Shown one piece after another: positions 1 to 12,341 of a DNA stretch of 64,000 nucleotides (within the stretch, counting starts at the first letter, position 1; every line of letters starts with the position of its first letter). The position numbers were made by a program, and so were the translations under genes. The notes under the pieces were generated by a model. That model was not told the origin of the DNA. It searched no databases and was given only the letters and a program-made list of their open reading frames with translations. This DNA is from Protoeuglena noctilucae (taxonomy: Eukaryota), in assembly GCA_958009085.1 (NCBI GenBank), contig OY253671.1:620001-684000 (forward strand), written 5' to 3'.

Positions 1-1373
1 CCATGTACACTTGCTCACCCCTGCGGCGCAGCAAACGGAGCGTTCGGCGGCGCCGGCCCAAGGCACCTGGCGCGACAAGCGCACTGCTTCCGCTCCACAC
101 GCACCTTGGGGGTCCTGCCTCACGCGCCCGCTCTGACAGGGGGAGCCCCAGCTGGCCCACGGGGAGGCCCTCGGGCTCCTCGATGCCCACCTCCCGAATG
201 TCCAAATGCCCCTGCAGGTTGGGCTGTGCCCGGCGGCCCTGGCCGGCGACGGCCGCAGCGCCCCGGCCGGCTGCGTTGGGCGGCCTCGCGTTCCGGTCCC
301 CCGGGGGCCCGGGCGAAAAGGCCACCTGCGTCGCTTTCCGAAGCGCCAGCGTCTGAGCCACAGACATCATGTCTGCAGCGGACATGCCCCTCGCGTGCGT
401 GTGCGGGGAGTGGTCATCTGCGGCATCAACCGGCGCCCCGGCGCGGTCCGCGGGAGCCGTGGAGGTCACGGAGCGCGCGGACTTCGCGACGTCGCCCGCA
501 GGTGGCAGCGGATGTGCGGCGTCTGGCAGGGGCGGGAGGGGTTGCAGGCTTCCCGACAGGGGCGGGAGGGAGTCCAGGTGGGTCTGCGCACAGGACGGGA
601 GAATGATGAGTCGCGAATAGCAACAGTACACCCAGCGAGAAGCGGCGACCAGCCCTGGCTCCCTCACTTGCTCGCCAGCGCTGACGCGGGCCTGGAAGGC
701 CGCTGCTGCCGCGCCGTCGAAGGTGGCATGATGACGGCCGGCGGAGAGGATTCTCGCATCGCTGAGCGCCTTCCCGGACGTCCCGAGTGACGCAGACAGT
801 GCCTCCAGCCTCCGGACCCGGTCCGTGTTTGCCGAAAAGAGCTTCACGCGCTGGAGGGAGGTCGGGGCAGGCGCGTCGAGGGACGAGGGCGCATGGTGGG
901 AACGGCACACAAGAGAGGCATGCAGTCACCACGGAAAGGTGAAGCGCTGATGCGCGTGCGCACCTGGACGGCCTCCTGCGACGGGGGCCTGGGCAGGGGC
1001 AGGCCTGCTGCCCTCTCGTCGGGGCTGCCCGTGCGCTCGTAGAGGCGGACGCCACCCTGACGAAAATCCTCGATGTTGACGCGGTCATGGTCTCGTCGCC
1101 GCACGCGCTTGGTCCATATGACCTCTCCGTGCGCTTGCGTCGCCCGCTTCTTCGCGTCTTCCCCGTTCGCCGCCCTGCCTGCCTCGCTAACGTGCTTATT
1201 TCCGTGTTCCTGCGAATGTCGCGACGCGATGTCGCTCCTCGGGCTGCCCCCCAGCCGCGGAGGCGTGGGACATGGGAGCAGCGCTGCAGGCGAAAGCGGC
1301 TCACCCGTGCCACCCGCGCCCTCCCCGGGCTCCCATTCAGAGCCTCTTGTCGCCCGGCAAGGAAACCTTCCAT
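1..1373 (-). CDS. Hypothetical multi-exon protein, runs off the window start
   Basis: Coding-like exons (EHGNKHVSEAG...VIWTKRVRRRDHDRVNIEDFRQGGVRLY; KLFSANTDRVRRLEALSASLG) joined by GT-AG introns with donors near 1305, 963 and 667. No family recognised and the start codon is uncertain. Confidence 0.5.
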
Positions 1374-1987
1374 CTTCAAGGGCTTCCACTTGAATGCGAG
1401 GGCGTCACTGCAATGAGGAGCATTCCTTAAAGAATCATTCCTCAACAATCCTTTGGCCCCCGCTGAGATGCAGTTCGAGCCTGTTGTACCACAGAAAGCT
1501 GAGACAGAGACAAGGATCCCCGGGGACCGTGGCAGCTCACCCCAGCCATCAAACGTCTCCTGCCATGCCGTTGCTCGCTGTCCCGTCCTCCAACGCCTCA
1601 ACACAGCATCAGAACGGGATGACAGAACGCGCACACGTGTCTCTGTGGCGGTTGCGCTTCGACTTTGCATGCACTCGTGCCTAGATGCAGCGCACCGAGC
1701 AATTCATTGCATCAGTCCCTACGACGGTTTCTGCACTCTGTTCCGCCACACGAGGTCCAGACAGACTGCGTTTGGGTGCCCGCCTCGGTGCGTACATGAC
1801 ACCAGCTCCGACAAACGACGCAAGAGTTTTTGCATCGTTTTCCGCGCGCTTCGCTTGTTGCCAACCAGGTCCTTGGCTTCTTTCGTCGATTCAAATCTTT
1901 CTAGGCCTGAATATCAGAGACTGACCATCGCATTTCTCGCCCGAACAGCATCACTGTTCGCAGGCATGGGTACGGAGGCGGGGAGGC

Positions 1988-2902
1988 ATGGGCAAATACT
2001 TTAGCCGATTAAGAGGACCTCAGGTCACTCAGGATGACCGGGCCGTGCTCAAGGCGAGGAGGAACCGACGGGGCAAGCAGAAGCACGTCCTCTCGCTCGC
2101 TGGGCTGCGGATATTCGACCCCCGACCCTGCTCCTCGCAGCTGAAGGAGCAGAAGCGTCGGCTGGAGGGGGAGCGGACCCGGTGCGAGTCGGTCATCGAG
2201 CGGTATGACGAGGCCATCAAGACGCTGCTGGTGCAGGGGCGGAAGAAGGACGCGCTTTTCACCCTCAAGATGCGGAAGATGCACGAGAAGCAACTGGACA
2301 CTCTGATGAACTTCATCATGAAGATGGAGGGACTCCTCCTGGACGTGCAGGCGAGGGGAGGGGCGTATCCGAGCAGTGCCTCGTGACGAGGGACGTGTGG
2401 GAAGCTTTACGCACCCGTCCCCGCTGCGCGCTATCTTCGCAGGGCGCTCAGACCACTCAGAACGTGACGAACGCCATGAAGGAGGGCGCGCGGGTGATGA
2501 AGTCCATCATGGCGGAGGTCAAGGTCGAGGACGTGGAGCGAATCATGGAAGACACGCACGGTGCGAGCGGAGGGCGGCGGGAAGCTGTGTTTGGTCTCCT
2601 TGCATTACCTCCTGTCGCTCGTGGCAGCTGTGCCACCAAACGTGGGTTCACGCGTCGCCTGTGCAGAGGCGCGAGAGTGGATGCGGGAGGTCGCAGACCG
2701 GATGAACATCCAGGTGGACGCGGCGCAGGAGGAGCAGGTCGAGAAGGAGCTGGCAGAGATGGAGCGCAGCATGGCGGTGAAGGCGGAAGACCTGCCGTCC
2801 GTCCCAACCACCGCGCTCCCCAAGCAGGCCAACCGGGACAGAGAGGAGGCGCAGGAGAGGGCTCGGGATGCAGAGGCAGAAGCGGAGCTCGTGCCCGCAT
2901 AG
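1988..2902 (+). CDS. VPS20: ESCRT-III subunit VPS20/CHMP6 (Snf7 family), 4 exons
   Basis: MG N-terminus (myristoylation), VTQDDRAVLK|LKEQKRRL, KKDALFTLKMRK, VEDVERIMEDT, acidic tail with LPSVPT. Introns 2054-2140 (GC-AG), 2351-2442 (GC-AG) and 2561-2666. Confidence 0.92.
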
Positions 2903-3024
2903 AAGTGCATGCGCCTGTAGCCGGACACGACACCCTTCACTGCCGCCTAGGCCGCGCGCGTCACAGCCCCGATGCAGCGCAGGCGCCATCGCGGGCCAGC
3001 GAGCCCCGTCGCGCATCTCAAGTC

Positions 3025-5393
3025 CTAGATCCGCGCGTTGGCGTCCGTGGGCCGGTACGTCTGTGCAGTCGACAGCATGATGTACAGCACAGCGAGACGA
3101 TTCACCTCCTTGACCGTCTTGGTCGCCAGCGCCGTCTGCGTGCACGCCGTCACATGCCGACATTGCCACGTCGCTTCCGGGACGCCCGCGACAGCAGCAG
3201 GCGCCACCCTACTCCCCGTGACGCCCCACACACACGCACCTGCCCTCGCGGCATGTGGACCAGCTCTGCCGAAGCAGAGGCCGACTCGGCCATGCCGGCC
3301 TCACTGCCGCCCCGCAGCTCCGACGCTGCGCCGTTCTTTGACACGGACAGCACCGCGCCTGCCTCTACCGGGTCATGCACCTCCTCGCCCTGGGCCGGGT
3401 CCTCTGGGCCGTCGTTCGACATGATCGTCTCCACAATCGCGTCAGCGATGCTCGCCAACATGGGCTCGTCGTCGTGAGGGGGCTCCTGGGGCGCATGCCC
3501 GAAGGACGGCGGCTGTGTCCGCGACCCCCGGGGCGGCGACCTCGCCGGCTCGTCTTGCACGGCGTCACGCTCCAACTCCTCTCCTGCAGGCAACGGTCCC
3601 AATGCTCGTCACGCATCGACCGAGCACCCCAGGTGCCCCAAGGCAGATGTAACAGCATCCATGCGGGTGCAACCGTCACCGGCCCAGTCCAGCTGCCGCG
3701 CGCCCGCCTCCGCGTCGTCGTCTCCCACGCCACCCCGGCCCCATCGCGGCCACGCCCAGTCACTCCCCGGGCTGTGAGCAGAAGCCCCGACCTCGGTCTC
3801 CTCCCTCTCGTGTGCGTTTGCAGCCTCGAAGTTATCCGTCCCCGACCGCGCCGAGGCACCAGCGTCGTCCAGGCCCCCGTCCGGGGCGGCGGAGGCTGCC
3901 TCGGACCGCTCACCCTCCGCCGCATGCGACGACCAGTGCTGCTTGGCTGCGTCCGTGAAGGCGCGCATCGAGTCCACGGGGCTCCACGGAGATCGCGGCT
4001 CGGCCCGGCTCGGTGCGCTCGAAAGCGGAGGCCTCTCCGGCGCACGACCCTCGGGCGCGCGACCCTCGGCCCTGGGCAGGTCGTCCCCGGAGGCTCCCGG
4101 CACGCTGACAGAGGCCTCGTCCTCAGGCCCGGCCGCTGCGTTCGGCTCACTGTCCGCTTCGCGCCGCGACGGCGTGGAGGCCCTTGACAGAACGTCCCAT
4201 TCCTCCGCTCGCCCCTCCTCCACAGCGGCACGCGCGCGGTCCGTCACGCTGCCCCGGCGCGGCGGAGAGAACCCGCCCGTCGCAGCCGCCACTCGGTCCC
4301 TGCGACCGCCCGAAGGTCCGATTGCGCCGACGGACTCGTGGGGTGAGTGACTGGGCCGCAAGCGACGTCGCACCTGTGGCAGCGACCAGCGGCATGGGGC
4401 CGTCCCGCACCTGATCTTGTCGACCTCGGACCGGAGCTCCTCCATCGCGATCTGTTCCTCGGTCCTGACCGGCTCGGACGTCCCAGTGGGGTCGACGGGC
4501 GACACAGACCGGCGCATGTCCAGATACCCCGCCCTGACAGCGGCGGCGACCAGGGCAGCGGCGAGTGCGACGCCCCCCACGGCAGGGGCGTAGGCGGGAA
4601 CGGAGGGCACGGCGGGCATGGCGGGGAGTCCGATCGCGGGCATTTGGACGCGGGGAAGGGCCGGGAGGGTGGGCCGTGGGAGGGAGGGCAGGGACGGCAG
4701 GGCGGGCAGGGACGGCAGGGCCGGGAGCGACGGGAGGGACGGGAGGAGACGGGACGGACCCCGTGGAGCGCTCCCGTCGGAAGTCTTGGCCGCTGAGTCA
4801 GCTGTCGTCTGCTGTCGCCGTTGCGGTGCGAGTGGCGCCGTGGGCGGCGAGTCGCTCGGGACGCGGACGGGCGTCCCCGGGGTCGGCGACCGCACAGGAA
4901 CGCGCCTCGGCGCCGAGACTGGCACCGGACCGAGCTCCGCCGCGTCCACGGACGCCGGGAGCTTGATAACTTGCCCTTCCACAAGGCTGCACTGGGCCTG
5001 CGAAGCGGCCGGGCGCAAGGAAAATGGTTCCAGTGGACGGTGCGGTAGAAATGATGGACACGTCCGCGGCGATCAGGCGCAGGCAACGCGCCCCTTCACG
5101 CCGGGCCGAGGCTGTTACGACGCACCCATGTCATCCCGTTCGCCTCCAGGACGTCCTTCGCCCGCAATCCGTGCGACCGGGCAATCTCGTAAATCGTGTC
5201 CCCACTCTGCACGAGCGGAGGGCTCGCAGACGATGCGCTGAGTTGCTTGGGGGTTGGAATGCCGCATGGCCCGCCGCCTCCTCACCTTCACGACATAGGG
5301 CCGTACGATGGCGCGGGCGCGGCAAATCACACGGGACCGGGACCCTCGCTGCCATCGCGCTTCATCGTGGCACCTCAGCCGATGCCGCAACAT
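3025..5393 (-). CDS. LysM-domain single-pass membrane protein with a putative plastid transit peptide
   Basis: Spliced LysM: YVVK|SGDTIYEIARSHGLRAKDVLEANGMTW|AQCSLVEGQVIKLP (introns 5207-5285 and 4998-5125, both phase 0). Followed by a Pro-rich linker, hydrophobic helix VGGVALAAALVAAAV, and a long acidic low-complexity tail ending TAG at 3025. Confidence 0.8.
4670..4750 (-). repeat. Imperfect 9-nt coding tandem repeat encoding (LPS/LPA)n
   Basis: Units ggcagggac/ggcagggcg on the + strand; translation LPSLPSLPALPSLPALPSLPSLP. Confidence 0.8.
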
Positions 5394-5749
5394 GGCACGG
5401 CCCACAACAGGTTTTCAAAAGCGAGCTTGGTCCACGCGCAGGTTGGAAGGGTGCGGGGGCATCCGCCGCGTCCCCCTCATTCCATGCGACAGCCGGCGCG
5501 CATGCACCACTCCGATGTGATGGTCAGCGTCGCTCGACTGGCGTCGGGACATGCGTGTCGGGCATCAGCGCCTCTCCAGCATTCGTTCCTGGCTGGAACC
5601 AACTGCTGCGTCTCCTTGGATTCATCACCCTGTCGTGGCATCCTTGGGCGAGCGGTTCACCGTCGCCAGAGGGGAAACTGATCCCACCAAACCTCTTGCG
5701 GCCCTTTGCCGCAGCCCAGCTGATCGGGGCCGCGCGAGGCTGGGCAACC

Positions 5750-7318
5750 ATGCGAGCAGGCCCCGCGCGCCTGTGCTGGGCGACGCTGTTGGTGCTCTTG
5801 CTGGCTGCGAGTGCGGCGTGGGGGCTCTCCGTTGAGCTCGAGCCGGGGCAGCTGACTTGCCTCACCCACGAGACGCAGCCAGTGAGTCGTGCTACAGATG
5901 GGATACACGAGGGCTTCGGAGTTCAAACGACGGCGCCGGAGGGATGAAATGGCTTTCTTGACCCGCGCAGAATCCCCACATCCAGCAGACGCAGGAGCGG
6001 TTCATTCTCGAGGGCAAACTCATCGTTCCAGGTATGACGAGCTGGGGGCATCGTCGATGCCATGAATCGCGGCGGCGCGGCGCGGTTCAGGAGCTCCTTG
6101 TCGTGCATGCGACCTTCGGTCCCTCGCGCGCAGGGGAGCGGGTGGAGCTCCTGAACCACGACAGGAACGTGAGTTTCGTCGTGACAATCACGCAGCCGGA
6201 TGGTCACCGGGTGGATTACCTCGGAGACGTGTGGAACATGGAGGACGTGCGGGCCGAGGTCCGCGGCTTTGGGACGTACCGCGTTTGCATCCGCAGCAAC
6301 GCGCATCGCAAGGCCAGCATTCGCGAGGAGCTGTTCTTCCACGCCATGACGGACTCCGGCGAGGTGGGGCAGCGTGGACCGGCCGGGGGAGCGCCAGCCT
6401 GAAGCCCGGCCGCTCCCTTGCTGGATTGCCGGTCTGCCTGCGCCCCGCAGGTCGTCCAGTCGGCGGAGTTTTTGGCCAAAGAGACGGGCCGGCAGGTTTT
6501 CTCGGGGCCCCACGATCTGAAGGGCAGCCGGCCCAGCAACGAGTCCCTCGTGGGCGGCAAGCCAGGAGACGGTGACGCTTGCAGCCTCTGTCGCGGCGCT
6601 GCATTCGCTACTGCGAGAACCGCGGCTGCGTATGTGCACTGCGCCAACACCATTCGAAGGGCTTGTGGGCAGCAGTAACGGTGCACCGTTGCCTCTGTTG
6701 TTCACGTCGCGCTCCACCTCCCCGTCGCCCCCAGGGGTGGACAAGCCTTCGTCTCTCTGGGACAAGACGCACGGTCACGACCACGACGGCGCGCCCAGGA
6801 CTGGCTCGGGAGCTCTGGCCACCAAGACCCATGGCAAGACGGCCGTGGCCTTCGCCGACCTCATTTGGAAGCGCCTCGACAGGGTCCACGTGAGAGCGTG
6901 AAAGAGAACGTGCTTTTTGGTGCCAGCGTGTCCGATGCAGTGCAGGGATGGCGCTTGGCTTTTGACGCCACAGCTGGCCCACTGTCGCCCTCGCTTGCAG
7001 AACGACATCGTCGGCATCAACGTGCGGCTGGAGAGGCACAGCCAGACCTTGCTGTCCAACCAGTACCGAGCCAATCTCTGGGGCTACACCGAGGTGAGCC
7101 TCACGCAGGGTCAGCTGCTCAGGCCGGCGGCTCGGGGTGTCTGTGGGCAACGGCAGCGGCCCACAGGGCTGGTCCTGGATCCCACTCGCCCGTCGCCCTT
7201 GCAGTTACTCATCTTCGCGGGCACCGCCGTCTTGAACATCCTGACGCTGCGGTGGATGTTCTCTGGGAAGGAGCGGCACGGTCGCTTCGAGGGGCTCGGT
7301 GGCGCATTCGAGCTTTAA
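5750..7318 (+). CDS. p24/emp24/gp25L (GOLD-domain) cargo receptor, about 7 exons
   Basis: Signal peptide (LLVLLLAASAAWG), LSVELEPGQLTC, GTYRVCIRS, coiled coil RLERHSQTLLSN, C-terminal TM helix and short tail. Confidence 0.85.
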
Positions 7319-7461
7319 GTCGCCTAGGCTAGGACTACCTTGTTTTCTTAGCTTGCGTTTCTATCGCTCTCTAGTATTTCCTCGCTCCCAAGTTCTCTTT
7401 GCACTGGCGGCGCAAAGGTGAAAGCATGTGCGTGCTTGACTATGCAGCTGCTAGGTCACCC

Positions 7462-10400
7462 TCACTGGGGCGGCGGCGGCGGCGGCGGCGGTGGCGGCGG
7501 ACCGTCCGGTGGCAGGGCGCGGTCCGAAGGCCACGCCTGGGGCATCCCAGGGGGCGGGGGCGGCGGCGGCGGAGCGCCCTCCCCTCCCTCGCCACCGCCG
7601 GCGGCCCTCCGAGCGCCGCGCCTGCCGGGACGCACAGCGCCCGTCGGCGCAGGCACGGACGGCCCGGCACCCTCCCCGGACCCGAGCGGGGGCGGCGGGG
7701 GCGGCGGGGGCGCCATGCGCTGTGCCGCGCCCGGCATCTCTCGGTCCGAGGGCCACGCCTGTGGCAGCCCGGGAGCCTGGGGAGGCGGAGGAGGCGGCGG
7801 CGGCGGGGGCCGCGCCGGGCCCGCGGCGGGGGCTGGTGCTGGGGCAGGCGGGGGTGGGGGCGGGGGCGGCGCGCGACCCCCGGGGCTCTCGGGTCGCTTC
7901 TTGGGCCCCGTGATGCCCGGCGCCGGAGACGCGGCGTCGTAGGCCGGGACGGCCGTGGGCACGAGCGGTTGCGGCCCCTCCGGAGCGCGGTCGACGAGCG
8001 CCCGCGCGGAGTCTGCGTTCCGCGCCGCGACCCCGACGGCCGACGTGCGCCTCGGCTTGTCCGCGGCGCCGCCGACGAAGATGGGCGCTGCGTTGGCGAT
8101 GACGCTCGCGTCCATCTGCCCCGACTTGCTGTCCGGGTCGAACACGGGCGCCTTGCCCTGCTCGCGGTCTCTGGCGCGCTCCTCGTGCTTCCGCACCCTC
8201 TTCTCCTCCTCCGTCTCGTCGTTCTCGAAGAGCTTGGCGAAGAGCCGCATGAGGTACGTGCAGCTGGCCTCGCCCTTGGCGTGGAGCGCGCTGGGCACCT
8301 CGGGGAGCTTGTTGCCCACAAGGTGCACCTCGGTGAAGCGCGAGTGGGTGCACAGGCGGTACGGCAGCCGCGTCAGGCGGTTGTTGCCGGCCTTGAAGAC
8401 CTCCAGGAACACGAGCCGGCCCATGCCGCCGGGCAGCGCGGCCAGCTGGTTGGAGGAGAGGTTGAGGGACCGCAGGGCCCCGAGGTTGCCGAAGTCGAGC
8501 GGGAGGCTCTCCAGGGAGTTGACGCGGAGGTCGAGGTCCTGGAGGTTGGTGAGCTTGCAGAAGCTGTCTGGCAGGTGCGTGAGGGCATTGACGGCCAGGC
8601 TGAGCGTGGTGAGCTTGCCCAGGCGCCCGAACTCGGTCGGAAGCGTCGTCAGCGTGTTGTTGGACAGCACCAGCTCCTCCAGCGCCGTCAGGCGGCAGAT
8701 CTCGTCGGGGAGGAACGTCAGGCCATTTGAGTCTGCGGCGGGGGACGCGCCACGGGTCGGCTCGCACTGCTGGTGTCGGCATGACACAACTGGCCGCATG
8801 CACAGCCCAGCTCCGCGGCCGGTGAAACACCCGCCGGACACTAGCCAGCCGCGGTCCGTGGCAGGCGCGCCCGCTGGATGCTCCGCTCACCCATGCGCAG
8901 GACGCGCAGGCGGTCGAGCTGCCCAATCGTCTCGGGCAACTGCGTGCAGGCGTTGTTGTTGATGTGCAGCACCTCCAGGTTGGGGAGCTCGCACAGCTCC
9001 TCCGGAAACTCCTCCAGCTCGTTCTTGTCTGCGAGAGATGGAACGGCAGCGGTGCTTCGAGGTGCGCCCCAGGACGCTGGCGCCCGCGTGGCACCGGCCG
9101 ACCCCCGTGATGCACCGCGCCTCACCGAGGAGGATGGTGTGCAGAGCAGAGAAGTTGGGGAGCCAGGAGGGGAGGACGGCGAGTCGGTTTTCGTTGAGGT
9201 TGAGAGACCCCAGGAAGCGCGCATGGGGCTGCAGCTGGGCGGGCAGGTCCATGATGCCGCACTTGGAGAGGTCGATCTCGGGGGCGCGCGGGTTGAGGAA
9301 GGCGACGACGTCCAGATCCGAGTGCCCCGGGGCGAGGCGGATCTGGTTCCACAGCCGGGCGAGCGGGTTGCCGTCCAGCTTGAGGGCCGTGAGGGCGGCG
9401 AGCTCCCCCAGGCCATCGTGCAGCTCCACGATGAGATTGTCCGACAGATCGAGGTTCCGCAGGGCCGTGAGGCGGCCGATGTACTCGGGCACCTCCACGA
9501 GCTCGCACTTGGAGAGGTCGAGGTGCGTGACCTTCTCGTTGAAGACGTGGACGAGGAGCAGCGGGTGCTTGTGGTAGAAGGACAGGTAGGGCTGCTCCAG
9601 CGCGTTGCCCTCCATGCCCAGCTCCACCAGGTCCGACAGGTTGCCCAGCAACGGCGGGACCTGCTGCACGCCCGTGAAGTCGAGGTTGAGCGTCACGAGG
9701 CGCTTGAGGGCCGGGATGACCTCGGGCATGGCGGACCCGAGGGGGTTGAAGCCGACGTTCAGGTGGCGCAGGGCCCGGAGCGACGACATGGACATGGGCA
9801 GCTCTGTGATGCGGTTGAAACTCACGTCCAGCGCCTCCAGGTTGGCGAGCAGGGAGAGGTCCTCGGGCAGCTCGCTGATCTGCACCGGGCAGGGCGCACG
9901 GCCGCGGGTCAAGAGACAGCTCACGGGCGCGGTGGTGGGCCCCGGGCAAGGCGGGCGCGAGCTGGCGCGCGGCGGGCCCGCTCGTCGGCTGGGAGTGCTC
10001 ACCTGGTTGGCCGCGAGGGAGAGCTTGCGGAGGGTCGTGGACGCTTGCGCGCAGACGGGCACGGTGGCGAAGAGGTTGTTGGCCAGGAGGAGGGTCTCGA
10101 TGGGTGCGTTGTCGAGGGCGGGGGGCAGGTCCATGAGCTGGTTGTCGCAAAGGGAGAGCGTGCGGAGATGGACGGACTTGGCGAGCGACTCGGGGACCTC
10201 GGTGAGCCGGTTGGTGTTGGCCGCGAAGTGCTCGAGGGCCGGGAGGGTCGACTCGTGGAGGCTCTCGAGCAAGTTCATGGACACGTCCAGGATCTGCAAG
10301 AACTTCATGCCGTCCAGGAGGTTGCCGCACGTGGTGAGGTGGTTGTTGCGGAGGTCGAGCGCAGTGACGGCCTTGACGGTGGCGATCTCGGGGATGAGCG

Positions 10401-12341
10401 TCTTGAGGCCCATGCTCTTGAGGTCGAGCACGTTGGTCTTGCGGGCCTTGTTCAGCGCGTTGATGGGGTTGGCGCCGTACGTGAAGTCCTTGAGCGACAG
10501 CACCGCGCGTGTGTACTCAACCTGGGCGCGGAACTCCCGCTGGAGCTGCTTCTTGGTCGCCAGCATCTGGCGCTCCAGGCGGGGGTCCGCGGCCAGGCGC
10601 GCCCGCATCTCCTCCGCGGCGCGCCTGGCCTCGGCCTGCCGCCGCTCGAGGTCGAGCGCCTTGTCCCCGGAGACGGCCGTCTCCAGCCGCCCCTGGAGCG
10701 GCAGCTCGGCCGCCGCCGCGTCCAGGTCCTTGGCCGCCGCCGTGGGCATGTGCGAGAGGATGCCCTCGCGCGCCGCCCGCTGCTGCGCCTTCTGCTCCGC
10801 CACCAGCTCCTCCATCAGCATCTCGATGTACGTTGCGTCCGTGGTCACCGTCAGCAGGTACGCCTTGATGGCCGTGGGGCCGCCCGCCAGGACCTGGTCG
10901 CGGATCTGCAGCTCCGGGTTGCCCTCGACGTTGATGGTGGAGAGCTTGGCGCACGCGCCGAGGGACGCCGGGAGGCGCCGCAGCCGGTTGTGCGACACGT
11001 CCAGGGTCAGGAGCTCCGTGAGGCGGTCCATGAGGTCCGGGAGCATGATGACGTGGTTGTCAGCGAGGAGGAGGATCTGAAGCTTCTTGATATAGCACAG
11101 CTCGATCGGGAGGACCGTGATCTGGTTGTGCTTGAGGTCCAGCACACGGAGGTTTTTGCAGTCCGACAGGTGCGACGGGACGCTCTCGATCAAGTTGTTG
11201 TTGGCGCTCAGCACCTCGAGGTTCTGGCACAGCCCCAGCTCCATCGGCAGCGTCGTAAGGAGGTTGTTGCTGATGTTCAGGACCCTGCGCGCGCGACGGG
11301 CGAGGGGGCGGTCGTCCCGTACACCTCTCCCCTTGGGATGCACCTTGAGCTGGGATCAACATGCATCAGACACGCGGCAATCGGGCGGAGGGCGGCGCCG
11401 TCGTCACCTGAGGTTCAGCAGCTTGCCGATCGCGGGCGGCAGGGCGGGTATGCGGTTCTCTGCCAAGGACAGCTGCTCGAGCTGCCGCAGCGTGCCGAGC
11501 GTTTTGCCCACGCGGATCAGCTCATTGGACGCGATGTCGAGGACCCGCAGGGACCCCATGTCACGGAGCTCGTGAGGGAACTGGGGCAGCTGCGGAGGGC
11601 CGAAGGAGCGGGGATCATGAGTGTGCTGCACTTCACGGCGGCCCAGGTGGGACACAGGTAGCGGACTCCGCCCGCCGACGCACCTGATTAAACGCCATGT
11701 ACAGTTCCTCGACGTTGAGTCGCTCGAAGGAGCTGGGTAGGAAGGCGATCTGGTTGCCCTGGACGTCGAGCATGCGGAGGCGGTTGAGGACGGAGATCTC
11801 CTCGGGCAGCACCTTGAGGTCGTTGTAGCTGAAGTCGACCTCCTCCACGTTCAGCATCCGGCGGAAAGCGCCGCTCGGGAGGTCCGCGATGTTGTTCCAC
11901 GACAGGTTGATTGCCAGGAGCCCCGGGCCCTTGTCCCCGACGTCGTGCGGGAAAGCGTTGAGGCCCGCCTTGGAGTGCTCGTAGCGCTCGGCCGTGTGCA
12001 CCTTGAGCCCCGCCTCCGCCTCGGCCTCCTTAATGCGCTTCTTGACGCGCCTGCGCTCGTCGCGCTCGCGGGCTCTGCGGGCAGCGAGGGGGCGGGCAGG
12101 ATGCGCGGCACGGCCGGCAGCGGCGGGCAGGTGGCTGGGAGCATGCCGAGACTCACTTTCCGGTGCGGACCTTGTCGCGAAGAGTGCCGCCCTTCAGGCT
12201 GTCCGCGTGCGTGACGCGCGCCCTCGGGGCCTCGGACCCCGGGGGTCCCGAGCCCTGCTTGCGGATGCCCGAGCCCTGCTTCATGACCGAGGACCTATCC
12301 TGGGAAAGGTCCGAGCCCTTCTTCCCTCCAGACGCCTTCAT
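7462..12341 (-). CDS. Large multi-block leucine-rich-repeat protein with a polyproline C-terminus
   Basis: Dozens of LxxLxLxxNxLxxLP repeats across at least 7 exons, an internal coiled coil and a poly-Pro tail. The true start may lie upstream (acceptor-like site at about 12382). Confidence 0.9.

Noticed and set aside
7468..7870. GGC-rich microsatellite-like runs as an independent repeat element
   Set aside because: They simply encode the polyproline tracts of the LRR protein.
8878..11661. 927-aa plus-strand ORF and similar long antisense ORFs (e.g. 23120-24985, 30931-33174)
   Set aside because: Shadow ORFs opposite or bridging real genes. High GC at third codon positions removes stops in other frames, and they show no recognisable domains.
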